Positions 1 through 13,235 of a stretch of 64,000 bases of DNA are shown one piece after another. The notes below the pieces were generated by a model. That model did not search any database. It was not told where the DNA came from and saw only the letters and a list, made by a program, of their open reading frames with translations. The number at the start of each line of letters is the position of its first letter. Position 1 is the first letter of the stretch. The position numbers and the translations under genes were made by a program. The stretch is taken from NCBI RefSeq assembly GCF_009914755.1, contig NC_060929.1. The stretch is one strand, 5' to 3'. This stretch comes from the human T2T-CHM13v2.0 reference genome, Homo sapiens.

Positions 1-1824
1 CCATTTTCATGACCAGAGGGATCTGTTCAACACCCTGTGGGTCCCAGCACCTATCTCAGGAAGCAGGGTGCATCTGTCCACCACCAAGTCTCAGGGTGGC
101 TGGGTGAGCGCTCATCAGTCCCAGACAGCAGGTTGGCACAAAACGACACTGCCCACAAAACCACAGGAAGAAGAGAAACTCCGACTGTCTTTCAGCACAC
201 AGAAGACACTGTACTGGACCCGGACATTAGGCAGACACCCACGCCTGACTTTCAGGAGAAAAGAGAACATGACTAACGGATATTCTTAGTAGATGGTTTA
301 TTAGAAAAGAGAACATCTTCCAGCATGTGTCCTGGGGTGATGGGTGTGGGAAGCACTCAGTCCATAGTCCTGGTCCCTGGCTTCCCCAAGCCCAGCACCA
401 TGAATGTACAGTGGAAAGCAGAGGGTGCAGCGTCTCAGAAAGATGCTTCCACTCACAAGGATTGGAGCTCACAAGTGAGCTCGATAACCTGCAAACCAGA
501 GAAACCTGAGACACTGCCCCTTGGCCATTTTATCAACGGAGACTTTATTGTGATTATCCCGGCAGGGGGCCGAGCTCTCCTCTCTGCAACAGGAAATGCT
601 CTTTAGTGAAAATGCAGCATTTCTCCAAGGGTAACAAAGCTGAACGCCTGCTTAGCTTATGAACCCTCAGTTGGCCTAGGTGGTGCAAAGACCCTGCTGT
701 TACTGCTTTGATCATCAGTACTGTGGACTGTACCAGGAGATCCCTGGGAATGTGCTCTGGGCGGAAGCAGCTTTTATCTTTGGCCCTCACCCATGCTTTA
801 TATGGTGAGGTTGGGAAAATGGCACAAGGCTTCTCCTGAACCTCAAATCAACACCCTTGCCCCATTTAGATCCTATCTGGCTGTTTCTTGCTAATATTAC
901 TGCATCACTGCACCATCTTTCCTATTTCAGCAAAGTGGAGTCATGTGTGGTTTATGGGGTAGATGGACCCCAAAACTGATAATATGAATCAAGCTATGGT
1001 GTTTACTCCCTAGGAAATGCACAATTTTTCTGGAAACCTACAGAAGCTTCAAATGCATTCGCCATGCAAAGCTAAGTCAGCAGAACAACCCGTTTGGCTT
1101 TGGAGGCTAGTTCAGTTCCGCGGACAGGGAGAAAGATGAGGCAGACTGTGGTTTTTCAGTTCCTGGAGCTTACGGAGCTCCAAAGCTCCCTCTCTTCCCA
1201 CCCTGGCTGCACTGTTCTTAATTTTAGATAATACCCTGCCTTCTCGTATTGCTGCTGAGCTCCTAGCATCCTCAGTTTATCTGTCTGTGAAATGAAAAAT
1301 CTAATGTTAAATTTTTTACCTATGGCATGAGAGAGATGGCTATGGCTCTTGTGAGCCTCTCTGCAGCCCCTCTTTTCCTTCAATCACCCTCTGTCTCTCC
1401 TGCCTTCTGCTTATTCTCTCTCTCCCCTCATCCCCACTTTCCCAGTGGGTCCTCTGTTCTCTTTTTTTTTTTCTTTTTAAATCTCTCTATGCCTCCAGCC
1501 GAGAAGATAAAGAGTGTACATCTTTCTGGTTAAAAAGTTTTGCTTTGCAGAAACACAGCCAATTTATGATTCTGGCCTTCCCAGCTAGGGACAGTGTTCA
1601 TTTACATTTAGGACCATGAGGAGAGAGGCTTAGCTGTGTGTTTCTGAGGCCGGAGAAAATTACAGTGATATATAACAGTGCTGCACTCATAGAGGTGCTG
1701 AGCCGGGGTTGGGCTCAGGCGGCCGCTAAGCTCAGAGTGGAAAGTTTCAGAGGGGAGGCAGAAAGGAGAGGTCTATAGCTCCTCCAGATTCTAGGTATTA
1801 ATTTACTAAGATATTCCTAAGCCA

Positions 1825-1970
1825 GAAAACAGAGACAGAAGACAAAGAGAAAGAGGGAAGAAGAGCAAGACAGAGAGTTAGAGAGAGACAAAGAGAGAGA
1901 GTTAGAGACAAAGAGAGACTGGAGAGGAGAGAGAGCAAATATTGAAAGGAAAAGGAAAAAGAAAGAAACC
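1825..1970. repeat. GA-rich low-complexity polypurine tract
   Basis: Runs of AGAG/GAAA with very few pyrimidines on the + strand. Confidence 0.85.
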
Positions 1971-2005
1971 TGACAGCTCATGACCTTTTAAAAAGTTACA
2001 AATTA

Positions 2006-2404
<399 letters not shown>

Positions 2405-5400
2405 CTAAAAGGGCCCCAGCAGCAGGTGACTGGCAACAGAAGAAGGTTCCAGAAAAATGAGAGTCACTTCACTGGGCCTTTGTCCTTGACCTGAAGGATT
2501 TCTTGTACCTTGTGCACTTTTCTGGGGTGCAGGATGGTTGAGAGGTGCAGTGGTCAAGGCACTTGATGCTTGTCCTGGAGACCGAGGTTATGGGTTGATC
2601 TGTCTGGGTGCCACTCAGAATCCTGAAACCTGGATCTGCCACTTACAAGATGTGTGTCTAAATCAGGTTTCTTCTCTCTGAGCCTTGGTTTTCCCATCTG
2701 GAACATGGACATACCAATATCTCACAATGTTATTATAAGACTCACTCATATCAATATGCTATTAAGTAACACAACTAGCAATGGCAACTGCTCATAACTC
2801 ACATGTATTGAACAGTGCACTGGGTCCTCATTTTACATTTGTGATCCCGGTGGGTCCTCACGTCTTCCCCACCAGGTGAGGACCACAAACAGCCTCACGT
2901 TTTAAATGATGCTTAGAAAAGCCAAGACAAAACTTAATACTGCCAGAGTGACTCCAAAGCCTTTTCGCTTTAGCAACCATATAGGTGCCCAAAACAGTTT
3001 TGCTTCATCTCCTTCTCCCACCTGTTGATGTTTTTGTTTTCCATTTCCATAGACCTGTTCCCTGCAGAGGGAGCCCAGCCCTACATGTGGGGATGAGGGT
3101 GTCAAGAGTTCCCGCACCCAAGTCCTGACTCTCTCGGCCAATAGTTGGCCGAGGAACCTTGGGTGAAGTCACTTCATCTCTTTGAGGCCTCTGTTTCCTC
3201 TTCTCTAAAATACAGAGGATGTTGTGGGTCCTACCTGCTCAGAGAGCATGTTTTGAGGACCCAGCGTAGGAGGGCAATCTTATTAGTCCAGGGAGAAGCC
3301 ACAGCGAAGAGGAAGGGCAGGATTCTCTTCCTCTCTCCCGGCCCTACCAGACTGGCCTTGACCTGTGCATCCCGGGCACATGAGGGAGAATACAGGCCCA
3401 AGCCAGGTGTGACTACATCCAGATGTTAGTGGGGAAGGAAAAGAGACAAAAACCTGGAATTTATTCAGGTCTGGGACCTAGACCTCCGCTCCATTGGGAA
3501 AGCAGTCAGATTTTAGGATAAAAGAGAGAGGCTTAGAGCTCAGTCACATGGGGCTTCAAGTCCCCATAGTGTGGCCTGGGGCAAGTCACTGTCATTCTGG
3601 GCCTTAGTGTCCTCTTCTATAAAATGGGAATAAAACTAGCGCTTACCTCCAAGTGTAGATGTGGTAAAATCAGGTTTAGAGAGTACCTGGCCCAGGCTCT
3701 GGCACAGAGTAAATGCTCATCCATGTTGCTGGTGCTCCTGTACCCTTGCCAAGAGTCAAGGGGCTGTGCTCTCTGACTTAACCACCCCTCCTCACTAGGG
3801 GACCTCACCTCATCACCGCTGCCCACAGCTGACTCTGAGCACCATTTGCAGGGTGCAAGAAACAGCATTTGACAAACGAAGGCTCTGTGCTGCTCACGGA
3901 TTTCCCATTTAAATGTACTGATCCCTAATTATAATCTCAGCAAGAAAGAAATGACTGAGGACCAGCAGGGGTTGTTGAGGAGCAATTACTTGGCAATTTT
4001 CTTTTTTTCCAGTGGAAGGGAAGGGAGGTAGAGAAGGGAGGACGCAGGGAGGAGCTCAGAGTCTCCACTCCTTCCCTTTTTCCAGGCTTCGTGTTCTCTG
4101 CAGGGTTGGCTGCTGCCTCAGAGCCAACTCAGCACTCTCCTTAGAGGGCAGACCACGGGGGTGGTCCCCTAATGCCGGAAGGCAGGAGGAATGGGGAATC
4201 AGCCATGGATGGGAGACTGACGTTTCTTTGGCATTTTCCTATTTCTTGAAAAGCCAAAACAGGGCTGGCTGTCCCCTCTCTTCCCAGTAAACAGATCACC
4301 CTAGGGTAAGTGCCTATGTGGTAGATCTTTAGTTTTTGCTTTTGTTTTTTAATTTCCAAAGATAGGAGGGGTACTTGCGTCAGAATGGCCCAGGGTGCTC
4401 GTTAAAGATGCAAGTCACTGTCTCTCTGAGCCTTAGTTTCCTCTTCTGTAAAATGGAAAAGGAGGGGCACCGGTATTTGTACTTGACCAGAGAACTGGAT
4501 GCTACTGAGGGCTCTGCAGGCTGAGAGCCCCCAATGTGGACTGCACAACCTTTGACCCCATTCTGCTTCTACACCACAGCGTATCAGACAGCTGACCATT
4601 GATCATTGGATCCTTGGGCAACTCACCTCTTGGGTGCTTGGGATCAAAGATGCCAAAAGCAATTGTCAGATACAGACAGGGTATTTGGAGGTTTGCCTTG
4701 TTCTCTGCATGAGACAACCAAAACAGTGCATTGTCATTTGCAGAGTATCAGATCCAAGAGGACTCTACTAAGCAAGCAGTTTCTGAGCGTAAAAGCAAAG
4801 CTGCAGAGTCAGATGGCCTGGGCTTAAGAATCGGGTTCCACGGCCACTTACCAGCAAAAGGACTTGGAACTCGTCACTGAACTTCGCTGTGCCTCAGTGT
4901 CCTCAACTGTAAAAATAAGATGATAATAGAACCGCACTCCTGGAAGGATTATATGAGATTATATGCACAGGTTCTCTCACTCTCACCCTGACGCAGATGA
5001 ATTCCTAATGAGATTTTAGTTGTTATTATTGAGGCTTACTTCTAACTAAATGCCGTGCTGGATGCCTTAGCTGATTCTGTCATGTAATCCTCATCACCAC
5101 CATGTCTAGTAAGTATATTTTTGTCCCATTTTACAGAGGAAAGAATTGAGACTCAAAGAGATGAGGTAACTGGTCCAAGGTTAAAGAAGCAGTAAGGATC
5201 GGAGCCATTAGTTTACTCATAAAATATTTAATGCTCTCGGTGTGCCAGGTGCTATTCTAGGCACTGAGGGTTTTGTGGTACACAAGATAGACAATGTTTC
5301 TGGTCTTATGACAATCACATCCAGTTGGGGGAGATTAGGTCTCAGCACCACTCATACTGCCTCCTTGAGGGGTGATCGTTCTTATCATTGTTCTTGAGCA

Positions 5401-5976
5401 CATGGCTGGGCAGAAGGAATCCAGCAGAGGGTTGGAGGCCGGAATAGTATGAAGTGTCCAGAAATAAATCCTGGTTATCCAGAGAGGGGGATATTTCTTA
5501 TGGTGACCTTGGCCCAGTTGAATGCCCTCTGCCTCTCCCCACTCCCATCCCTGTGTCTGGGTCTCTGGTCTCTGTACTTAGCAGGACTTGCTGAGAAGAA
5601 CTCTGAACCTGGGGATGGGGGAGCAGGTTGGGGGTGGGATATAGACCATCAGGTTCCGAGTGAGGCTTGCAGAGCTTGCAAACTATGAGTAGAAACAACA
5701 CTCATTTTATAGTCAAATCTAGCCTTTGCTGCCTGTGACTCCTGAAAACATTTCCCAAAATTCACTGAGACCTCCCATCACTGGGAGGGAGAGCTGCCTC
5801 TGCCAAGCCCCCTGACCCACATCCTCTCTGGGGCAGAAGGGAAACCTCACCTGGCCAGGTGGGCTGATGGTAGAAGTGGGAGCTTGAGCTCCCTCTAGTG
5901 AGGCAGTGGGGGCAGCACAGAAAACACCTCCAACCTAGGCACAGGGTGACCTCTGCAGGACTTTCTCCCCATCAAG

Positions 5977-5988
5977 AAAGAGGAAGTG
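5977..5988 (+). promoter_or_regulatory. PU.1/SPI1-type ETS motif AAAGAGGAAGTG
   Basis: Exact match to the extended PU-box consensus. Occupancy cannot be seen from sequence. Confidence 0.45.
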
Positions 5989-6416
5989 GCATTGAGTGAG
6001 TCCTGGTCAAAAATAGTCCATTTCTGTGGGTCCCAAGGGCAGTCCCGGCTCCCCAGCAGAGATCTTTTGAAATGCTCACTCTTCTGAGGTCCTTGGCTCT
6101 GAACCCAAAATTCCCCCATCTGTACACATGCAGATCTCTGGGGTCTGGGCGCATGTGATCCCCCGCAGACCTCCCTGCTGGAGGTAGCCTCCTTCCCATC
6201 CTTTCTCTGCCAGACCAAGCACACACTCTGCTCCCCTTGCTGGGCCTTGGGTTGGGTTTGTCCCAGCCCCTGCCCTGGTTGGGGGTGAGGGGTAGGTCAT
6301 GACAGAGATGGAGCCCCATTTTCAGACTTAGCCTCCTGGAAATCACCCTAAAGTATTTTTGGAGCTATTTAGCATCCTAAAGATCAGAAAACTATTGCAA
6401 CCAGATGCTTGAGCTC

Positions 6417-6429
6417 TGCTGAGTCAGCA
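6417..6429. promoter_or_regulatory. Perfect T-MARE / ARE (TGCTGAGTCAGCA)
   Basis: 13-bp palindromic Maf recognition element with an embedded AP-1 core TGAGTCA. Confidence 0.55.
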
Positions 6430-6738
6430 AAGATGCCCACAGCAGTGGGGAGCAGACCCTGGCCTGTGTCACTGTGAGTGAGCAGTGTGACTTCTCAGGG
6501 CTGCAGTCTCCTTGTCGGAAAATGGAAACTAAAATTGCTGGGATTAAAAGGGAGGAAAATATGGGAAAGCACTTTGGACAGTATAGTGTGCAAGTTGATG
6601 TTAGTATCTATTATTTTTAAAATCCGGAAGTCAGCTAAGATGCCTTATCCTATAAAACTCAAGTGGATTTTGCCAGAATGTCCTCACACCAAATAGTGGA
6701 CCCCTTCTTTTGCTGATTTATCTGCTATTGTATAGGTG

Positions 6739-6775
6739 TATGTGTGTGTGTGGGTGTGTGTGTGTGTGTGTGTGT
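6739..6775. repeat. (TG)n microsatellite
   Basis: About 17 TG units with minor interruptions. Confidence 0.9.
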
Positions 6776-7024
6776 TAAGGCAGGTGGTAGTATGTGTAGG
6801 GTAGGGTTTCCCCAGTCACCTGGAGCCCTGAGTGCCTGCTTCCCTAAACTAGGCCAGTTTAGCTGACTGGCTTCCTTTGTGTATTGGTCCATTCTGCATC
6901 AAAAGCATCTGAATTTTCATTCAATCTCTCTTCTGAATTTTCACTTTTAAAAACCTGACCAGTCCCTTGTGTGTAACTGACTTCACAGGAGGTCTGAGGA
7001 GACAAAGGTGGTTGCTTCGTAGCC

Positions 7025-7195
7025 ACACAAACAACTTCAAGTCAAATAATAGACCTGCAAATTGCTAAAAAGCCCTTTGGCTCTTTTCAATAACTGGAGG
7101 CCAGCCTCCCTCTCCTCTTTCTAAGCCCTCTTCATCTTTCTGTGTCCTCCGACAGCTGTTGTTTATCAAGGTGACCAGCATGATCCATCCCTCAA
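7025..7195 (+). repeat. 171-bp direct repeat, copy 1 (copy 2 at 10101-10271)
   Basis: Manual alignment shows about 22 differences over about 172 columns (about 87% identity). Confidence 0.9.
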
Positions 7196-7414
7196 CAAAC
7201 AAAATTCCTTCCAGAAGAGGAAGGCAGGTGCCAGCTGTTGAGATAGTAATTTCTTTGTCCTGACAACATTTTTGTTTATCTCCGGACCTTCCATCCATAT
7301 GGGTAAGAGACAGGAAAGAGCGAGAACTGGAAGGGACAGACACCACTGCAGAGGGTCCCGTGGGGGGCTTTAGAGAGGGGCTCCAATGCCTCTCATTGTT
7401 CTACCTCCCAGCCA

Positions 7415-7737
<323 letters not shown>

Positions 7738-8421
7738 TGAGCTCCCTGATGGAAGGCATGGAGCCAAGCTCAAGCATTTTTCCACTGACATGGCAGGATC
7801 TTAATAGAGGTTTGTCCTGTGATTAAGTCCTTTATTGACGCTTTGGAGACACACAACCCATACCCTTCCCAACCTGAGCTGAAGCCACAGATGCAAAGGA
7901 GCCTGGGAACTCCTCAAGTCCACTTGTGTCCAGTCCTCTGCCCTCCTGCAGGGAAGCTCTGTAGTCCAAGGACATCCAACTCCCAGACTCACTTCCAGGG
8001 ACAGAGATACGAGGATCTTGGGAGTAGAGCTGTGGGCAAGAATGCCAGACTCCTGGTGATTCTGGGATATAACCCCTTGGAGGGGATTGTCACGGGTCTG
8101 TGTTCCTTCATGCCTCTAGTAGGATTCATGATCATCTTTATGACAATAGTGACAATAATGACAGCTACCATGGTCCAAGCCCTTATTACATGGTGGGTCC
8201 TTACACACATTTCTCATTAACTACATCATATGATGTAGGTAACTTTAGTATTCCCATTTTACAGATGGGGAAACTGAGGCTTATGAGGTTCAGTTTGTGT
8301 AAAATCACATAGCTGGAAGGTATGGAAACTGGGCTCTTCACCACCACAAGGCACCGCCTCTCACTCAGTATGCCACTGCATGCCCATGCAACAATTTACG
8401 ATTAGGAATGAAATTCTCATA

Positions 8422-8769
8422 CAGTCATGCATCACTTAACAGCAGGGATGCGTTCTCAGAAATGTGTCCTTAGGTGAATCCACTGTTGTGTGAACATCAC
8501 AGAGTGCACGTATGCACACCTAGATGGCATATTCGACAACACACCTGGGCTCTCTGGTACAGCCTGTTGCTCCTGCGCTACAAACCTGCACAGCATGGGA
8601 CTGTCCTGAATACTGCAGATGGCTGTAACACAACGGTGAGTATTCGTCTATCTAAACACAGCCAAACATAGAGAAGGTAGAGTGAAAATACAGTAGTATA
8701 GTCTTATTGCACCACCTTCGGATATGAGGTCAACTGTTGACTGAAATGTCATTATATGGTGGGAGACCG
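8422..8769 (+). mobile_element. Tigger3a/MER7A-like TcMar-Tigger non-autonomous DNA transposon
   Basis: Starts TA|CAGTCATGC..CTTAAC..GTTCTCAGAAATGTGTC..TAGG and ends with a degenerate TIR followed by TA; resembles the Tigger3 terminus. Confidence 0.8.
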
Positions 8770-10100
8770 TACATTACTTCATTTACACTTCACCTGGATA
8801 TATACAACCTGGAAGCTCTTTTTCCAACCATATCACAGACAAAGAAATTGAGGCTTGTACAGGTGAAGGGGCCTGCCTTTCCTTTGCTCACAGGAATGTG
8901 AGGATGATACAAAAGTGAAGGATATTGGCATTCTTCAGGCAGGGAGATAACCTGGACAGGGGTGGTGCAGCAGGCACGTGCATAAAAGGAGCAAGAGAAG
9001 CCTTCTCTGTCGTGAGCAAGCTTGCAGGCCAGATGGAGAAAAATGAAGTAAAGTCACCCCAAAGCCTGGATTCTCATCTGGAGTGCCTCTTGCCTCTTGC
9101 CCTTCCCAGAACGCTCCAGCTTGGCACTGGGCTGGAATTCCACTAAGAATTGAGTTGATTTCGTCATCTGAGGCCCTGGGCACAATGACAAGGGTAGTTT
9201 TCTCGGATCTGCAGTGAGCATTACACCAGAGTGTGGGAAACAGTGCCTACTCAGGGACCCCACTCTGGGACCCAGGGCAAACTTGCCATCGTCTCCAGTC
9301 AGCTCATTAGCCGCCCAGGACTCTGCCAGCCCATCCAGGCAGTGATGTAATTACCAAAATGGAGATGAATATTTAAAGGGACTCTTACTTAACCGATATA
9401 CTTCCTCTCCAAGTTCCCTCCTTCACCGGCTCTGGATGAATTTCTGGAGGGATTGCTCTGACATAGGCCCAGAGCTACCTGTGGTTTGACCTCATCATGA
9501 GGCCTTTCTTCACCCTTTCTTGGTGGCTTGCCTTGAGGGTGTTAGGAGATGGTCCATTGTCTGACTGTGAACAGCAGGGCAGCTCTTATATTCTCCATCA
9601 ATGGATCTCTGGGGACAAGACCCAGATGGGTGGGGGGACAGGGGAAGGAAACATAAAAGCCAAAGGGACTGGATACCTGTAACTAATTACCCCTTTACTG
9701 TTTCCGACACCAGACCTTAGTGCCACAAAGGATTGGGGGTCATTTGTGACAATGTATGTTGTAAAATGTAAAATGCAAGTGACCACAAATCTGAAAGCAG
9801 TATAGAGCTTTGGTTAAAATAATGCAGGCTCTCCACTGGCATTATTATTGTTGTTAGGAGAGTCTGGTGCTCTGTTCAAGGGCTTTTCTGTGCTATGGAT
9901 TATCTCTGTTTAGCACAAAATATCTTGTGTCCCTGGAAACCCCTTAGTCCTGAGAAAACCAGGGCAGTTGGTCACCCCCCTGTTCAATGCAGGCATCAGT
10001 TCCACTAGGTAGGGGGTCTTAGCTGCATTTTAAAGATAAGGAAATAAAGACTTAATGGGTTGGAATAACTGGGTTATGTGCACATAGCTAAAGAATGGTT

Positions 10101-10271
10101 ACACAAACAACTTCAAGTCAAATATTAGACCTGCGTATTCCTAAAATCCCTATGGCTGTTTGCAATAACTTGAGGCCAGCCTCCCTCTCCTCTTTTCTAA
10201 GCCCTCTTTACCTTTCTGTGTCCTCTGATGGCTGTTGTTTATCAAGGCAACCATCGTGATTCATACCTCAA
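10101..10271 (+). repeat. 171-bp direct repeat, copy 2
   Basis: Starts ACACAAACAACTTCAAGTCAAATA exactly like 7025 and is colinear through to CCTCAA. Confidence 0.9.
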
Positions 10272-10517
10272 AGCACGCTTTGAATTCTACTCCTATAGGC
10301 TCCAAAACCCTTATTATCCAGGTTCAGTATTGCTCTAAACTAGGTGAGGTCCTGAACAGACCCAGATTTCAAGCATATTCAGGTGGATTTGTTTAACAGA
10401 GTGTGGCTACTGGAACATCTGGAGCCCAAAGTACACAGGAGGCAGGAGAGAGCCTACTTTCCTGAAGAGAGGGACGGGCCAACTGTCCGACAATGAGGAG
10501 GTGGGCATTCTTTCCTT

Positions 10518-11410
10518 TGTAAAACAAAAAGTATCTGAGACAGGGGTCAGTCAATTCAGAAGCTTATTTTGCCAAACTTATGGACCATAACCCATGACAC
10601 AGCCTCAAGAGGTCCTGAGAACATGTGCCCGAGGTGGCTGGGTTACATCTTGGTTTTACATGTTTGAGGGAGACTGAAGACATCAGTCAATACATGTGAG
10701 GCATACATTGGTTGGGTCCAGAAAGGCGGGACAACTTCAGAGGTGGGGAGTGGCTTTTAGGTCATGGGTGGATTCAAAGATTTTCTGGTTGGCAATTGGT
10801 TGAGAGTTAAGTTGTTATCCAAAGACTTGGAATCGATAGAAATGAGTGTCTGGGTTAAGATAAGGGGTTATAGAGACCAAGGTTCTTATTATGTAGATGA
10901 AGTCTCATTGGCGGCTGCCCCAAACGCAATAGATGACAAACGTTTCTTATTCAGACCATGAAAAGGTACTTCTCAGCCAATCTCTTCTGGACCAGAAAAA
11001 GACCTGGAAGGGAAGAGGATTCTCTACAGAATGTAAATTTTCCCCACAAAAGAGAGTTTTGCAGGATCATTTCAAAAGATGTCAAAGAAATATATTTTAG
11101 GGTAAAATACTTCGGTTTATTTCAGGGCCTGCTATCTGTCATGTGATGCTAGAGTCAGGTTGGAATTTGGTATCTTATTGTTGCGAAGAGTCTCTTCTGT
11201 CTGTCTTAGGGTCTCTGTTTTGATGTTTAATGGGTCAGTTGTGTGCCTGAACTCTAAACGGAGAAGGGTATATATAATAAGGCATGTCCAACAGCTCCCC
11301 CGACTGCTTGTCATGGTCCGAACTAGTTTTTCAGGTTTAGTTGGATCCCCTTGGCTGAGAAGTTTCATTCAGTGAGTTGGTGGGGCTTAGAATTTTATTT
11401 TTGGTTTACA
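10518..11410 (-). mobile_element. MER4-family (ERV1) solo LTR, MER4B/D-like
   Basis: TG...CA termini; the reverse complement begins TGTAAACCAAAAATAAAATTCTAAGCCCC; contains the GGTCCTGAGAACATGTGCCC motif typical of MER4. Confidence 0.85.
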
Positions 11411-11412
11411 CT

Positions 11413-11940
11413 TTCAACATACATTTTCAGAGCCACTACTGAAAGGCACATGCCACCCTAGGCACTGGGGATAGCGTGGAAGAACACAGCCCAAGTCCCT
11501 GCTGTTTGGAGCGTTCAGGCTAGTGGGGGAGCAGATACTAGGCAGACAAATATATAACAGAGAGGTAGGGAGTGGCACATACTCTGAGGAAAGATAAACC
11601 GGGGAGTGCCTTTCTAATGCATGTCGGAGAGACCTCTCTGGATGTGATGTTTGAGCAAAGACCTCAATAAAGTGTGAATCAGCTTGGCTGGGGATAGAAT
11701 GTTCCAGGCTGAGGAAGAGCAATGCAGAGGCTCTACATCTGGAGCATGCTTGGCCTGTGTGACGAGCAACAAGAAGGCCAGAAGGGCTGGAAGGGAGTGA
11801 GGGAGGGGGAGAGATGTGAGGATGGAGAGGCAACTGAGACCTGGTCACCCAGGGCTTTGTGGGTCCCAGTAAGAATGTCGGATTTTGTTGGAATGACAAT
11901 GGAAGGTCACTGGAGGTCTTGGGGTAGGAGAAGGACATGA
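11413..11940 (-). mobile_element. L2 LINE 3' fragment
   Basis: TTCAACATACATTT...CTAGGCACTGGGGATA...AAGTCCCTG pattern typical of the L2 3' end in antisense. Confidence 0.6.
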
Positions 11941-12594
11941 TGGTTGGTGGGGCAATAAAAGAGATCAGGCTCTACTCCCAGCCCCGCTGTCCAACCCTCA
12001 GCCTCTCAGCCATGGAGGTGATGTCTTCATCAGCTCCAGGGCTGTGATGTCAGTTAGCTCAGACTCTGGGACCCAGAAGACAGGGCTGGGAATGGGAGGC
12101 TCCATCAGCAGCTTCTCCCTGATCCCTTCCCCTGGGGCCTGGTTCTGCCTTCTTCCATGTCCGCCTGTTAATCCAGGACCAGAGAACTTTTGTCTGATTT
12201 TCACGGTCTCTACAAGCTATCCACAGCCAGAACTGTGTTGGGACTTGAGGAGGGTGGAGACCATTCACTATTCTGTGAGATGAACTTGCCTGGCATGGTG
12301 CTTGGCACTTAGTAGGTACACAGACACAAGTTCCCTTCCTCCACAGCTACATGAAATGATTGCCCTTGTCAGTCAGGAGACCAAGAAAGATGTCTTTTAG
12401 GGAAGGAGGTGGGGAACATCATTCTCTCCGGCTGCTGAATAGGCTTGATGACTCTGTCTCTATGTAGTCAGAAGCCATAGTTGTGTGATTCTAAATGTCA
12501 CTTATTCATTCCTCCAGTTAACTTTCTTACTCCTCTTCTGCCCTGGGCTTTGTGCCAGGCACTGGGGTACCAGAGGAAAAGGTCATAGTCCCTG

Positions 12595-12735
12595 TCCTTA
12601 GAATTACTTGTAGGACTTATTAAAATACAGATTCCAAGGCCCATGCCCAGCAGCTAGTTCTCTGAGCAGGCCCAGGACTCAGCATTTTACCAGGTTCCCA
12701 AGTGATTGTGATGCTTGCTGAAATTTGAGAGTCAG
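12595..12735. mobile_element. MER5-like hAT-Charlie fragment
   Basis: AGAATTAC..TATTAAAATACAGATTCC..GCATTTTACCAGGTTCCCAAGTGATT..TTTGAGA. Confidence 0.55.
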
Positions 12736-12814
12736 TCCTCCTAGTGTCTGGGCATGGGCCCTGAAACCCACATTTTTTGTAACTCCTGTAAGAAATTATG
12801 ATTTAAATAAACCA

Positions 12815-13235
12815 TATTAGTTTCCTGTGGTTGCTGTCACAAATTACCCCAAACTGGGTAGCTTAAAGCAACAGAAATTTTTTTCTCATTGTCCTGAAGG
12901 GTGAAAGTCCAAAATCAGGTGGTGGTCCCTCCTGAGGCTCTCAGGGGAATTCTGCTTCTGGTGGTTCCAGGCATTTTTTTGACTTGTGGTTTCATCACTT
13001 TCATTTCTGCCTCTATGTTCACATTGCCACCTCCTCCTTTGTCTTCCTTATCTTCTGTTTCTTGAAAGGACACTTGTCATTGGATTTAGGGACTAGCCAG
13101 ATAATCCAGGATGATCTTATTATTGCAAGACGCTTAATTATATTTGCAAAGACTCCTTTTTCAAATAAGTCACCATGTTCACAAGTTCCAGGCTGTGAAC
13201 ATGTCTTTCTGGGGGCCACCATTCAATCCACTACA
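12815..13235 (-). mobile_element. MLT1 (MaLR) LTR, MLT1C-like
   Basis: TATTAGTTTCCTGTGGTTGCTG..ACAAATTACC..AAACTGGGT..CTTAAAGCAACAGAAATT start, ending ATTCAATCCACTACA. Confidence 0.75.

Noticed and set aside
1110-1130. RE1-like TTCAGTTCCGCGGACAG (and GCACCACGGATAC near 54305)
   Set aside because: Mismatches in the invariant core of one half-site.
1-1950. Possible 3' part of a lncRNA (I recall LINC01366 lying between LCP2 and KCNIP1)
   Set aside because: Nothing in the sequence lets me place exons or strand; this is recollection only.
11414-11938. 174-aa ORF on the - strand
   Set aside because: Coincides with an L2 fragment and resembles no known protein.
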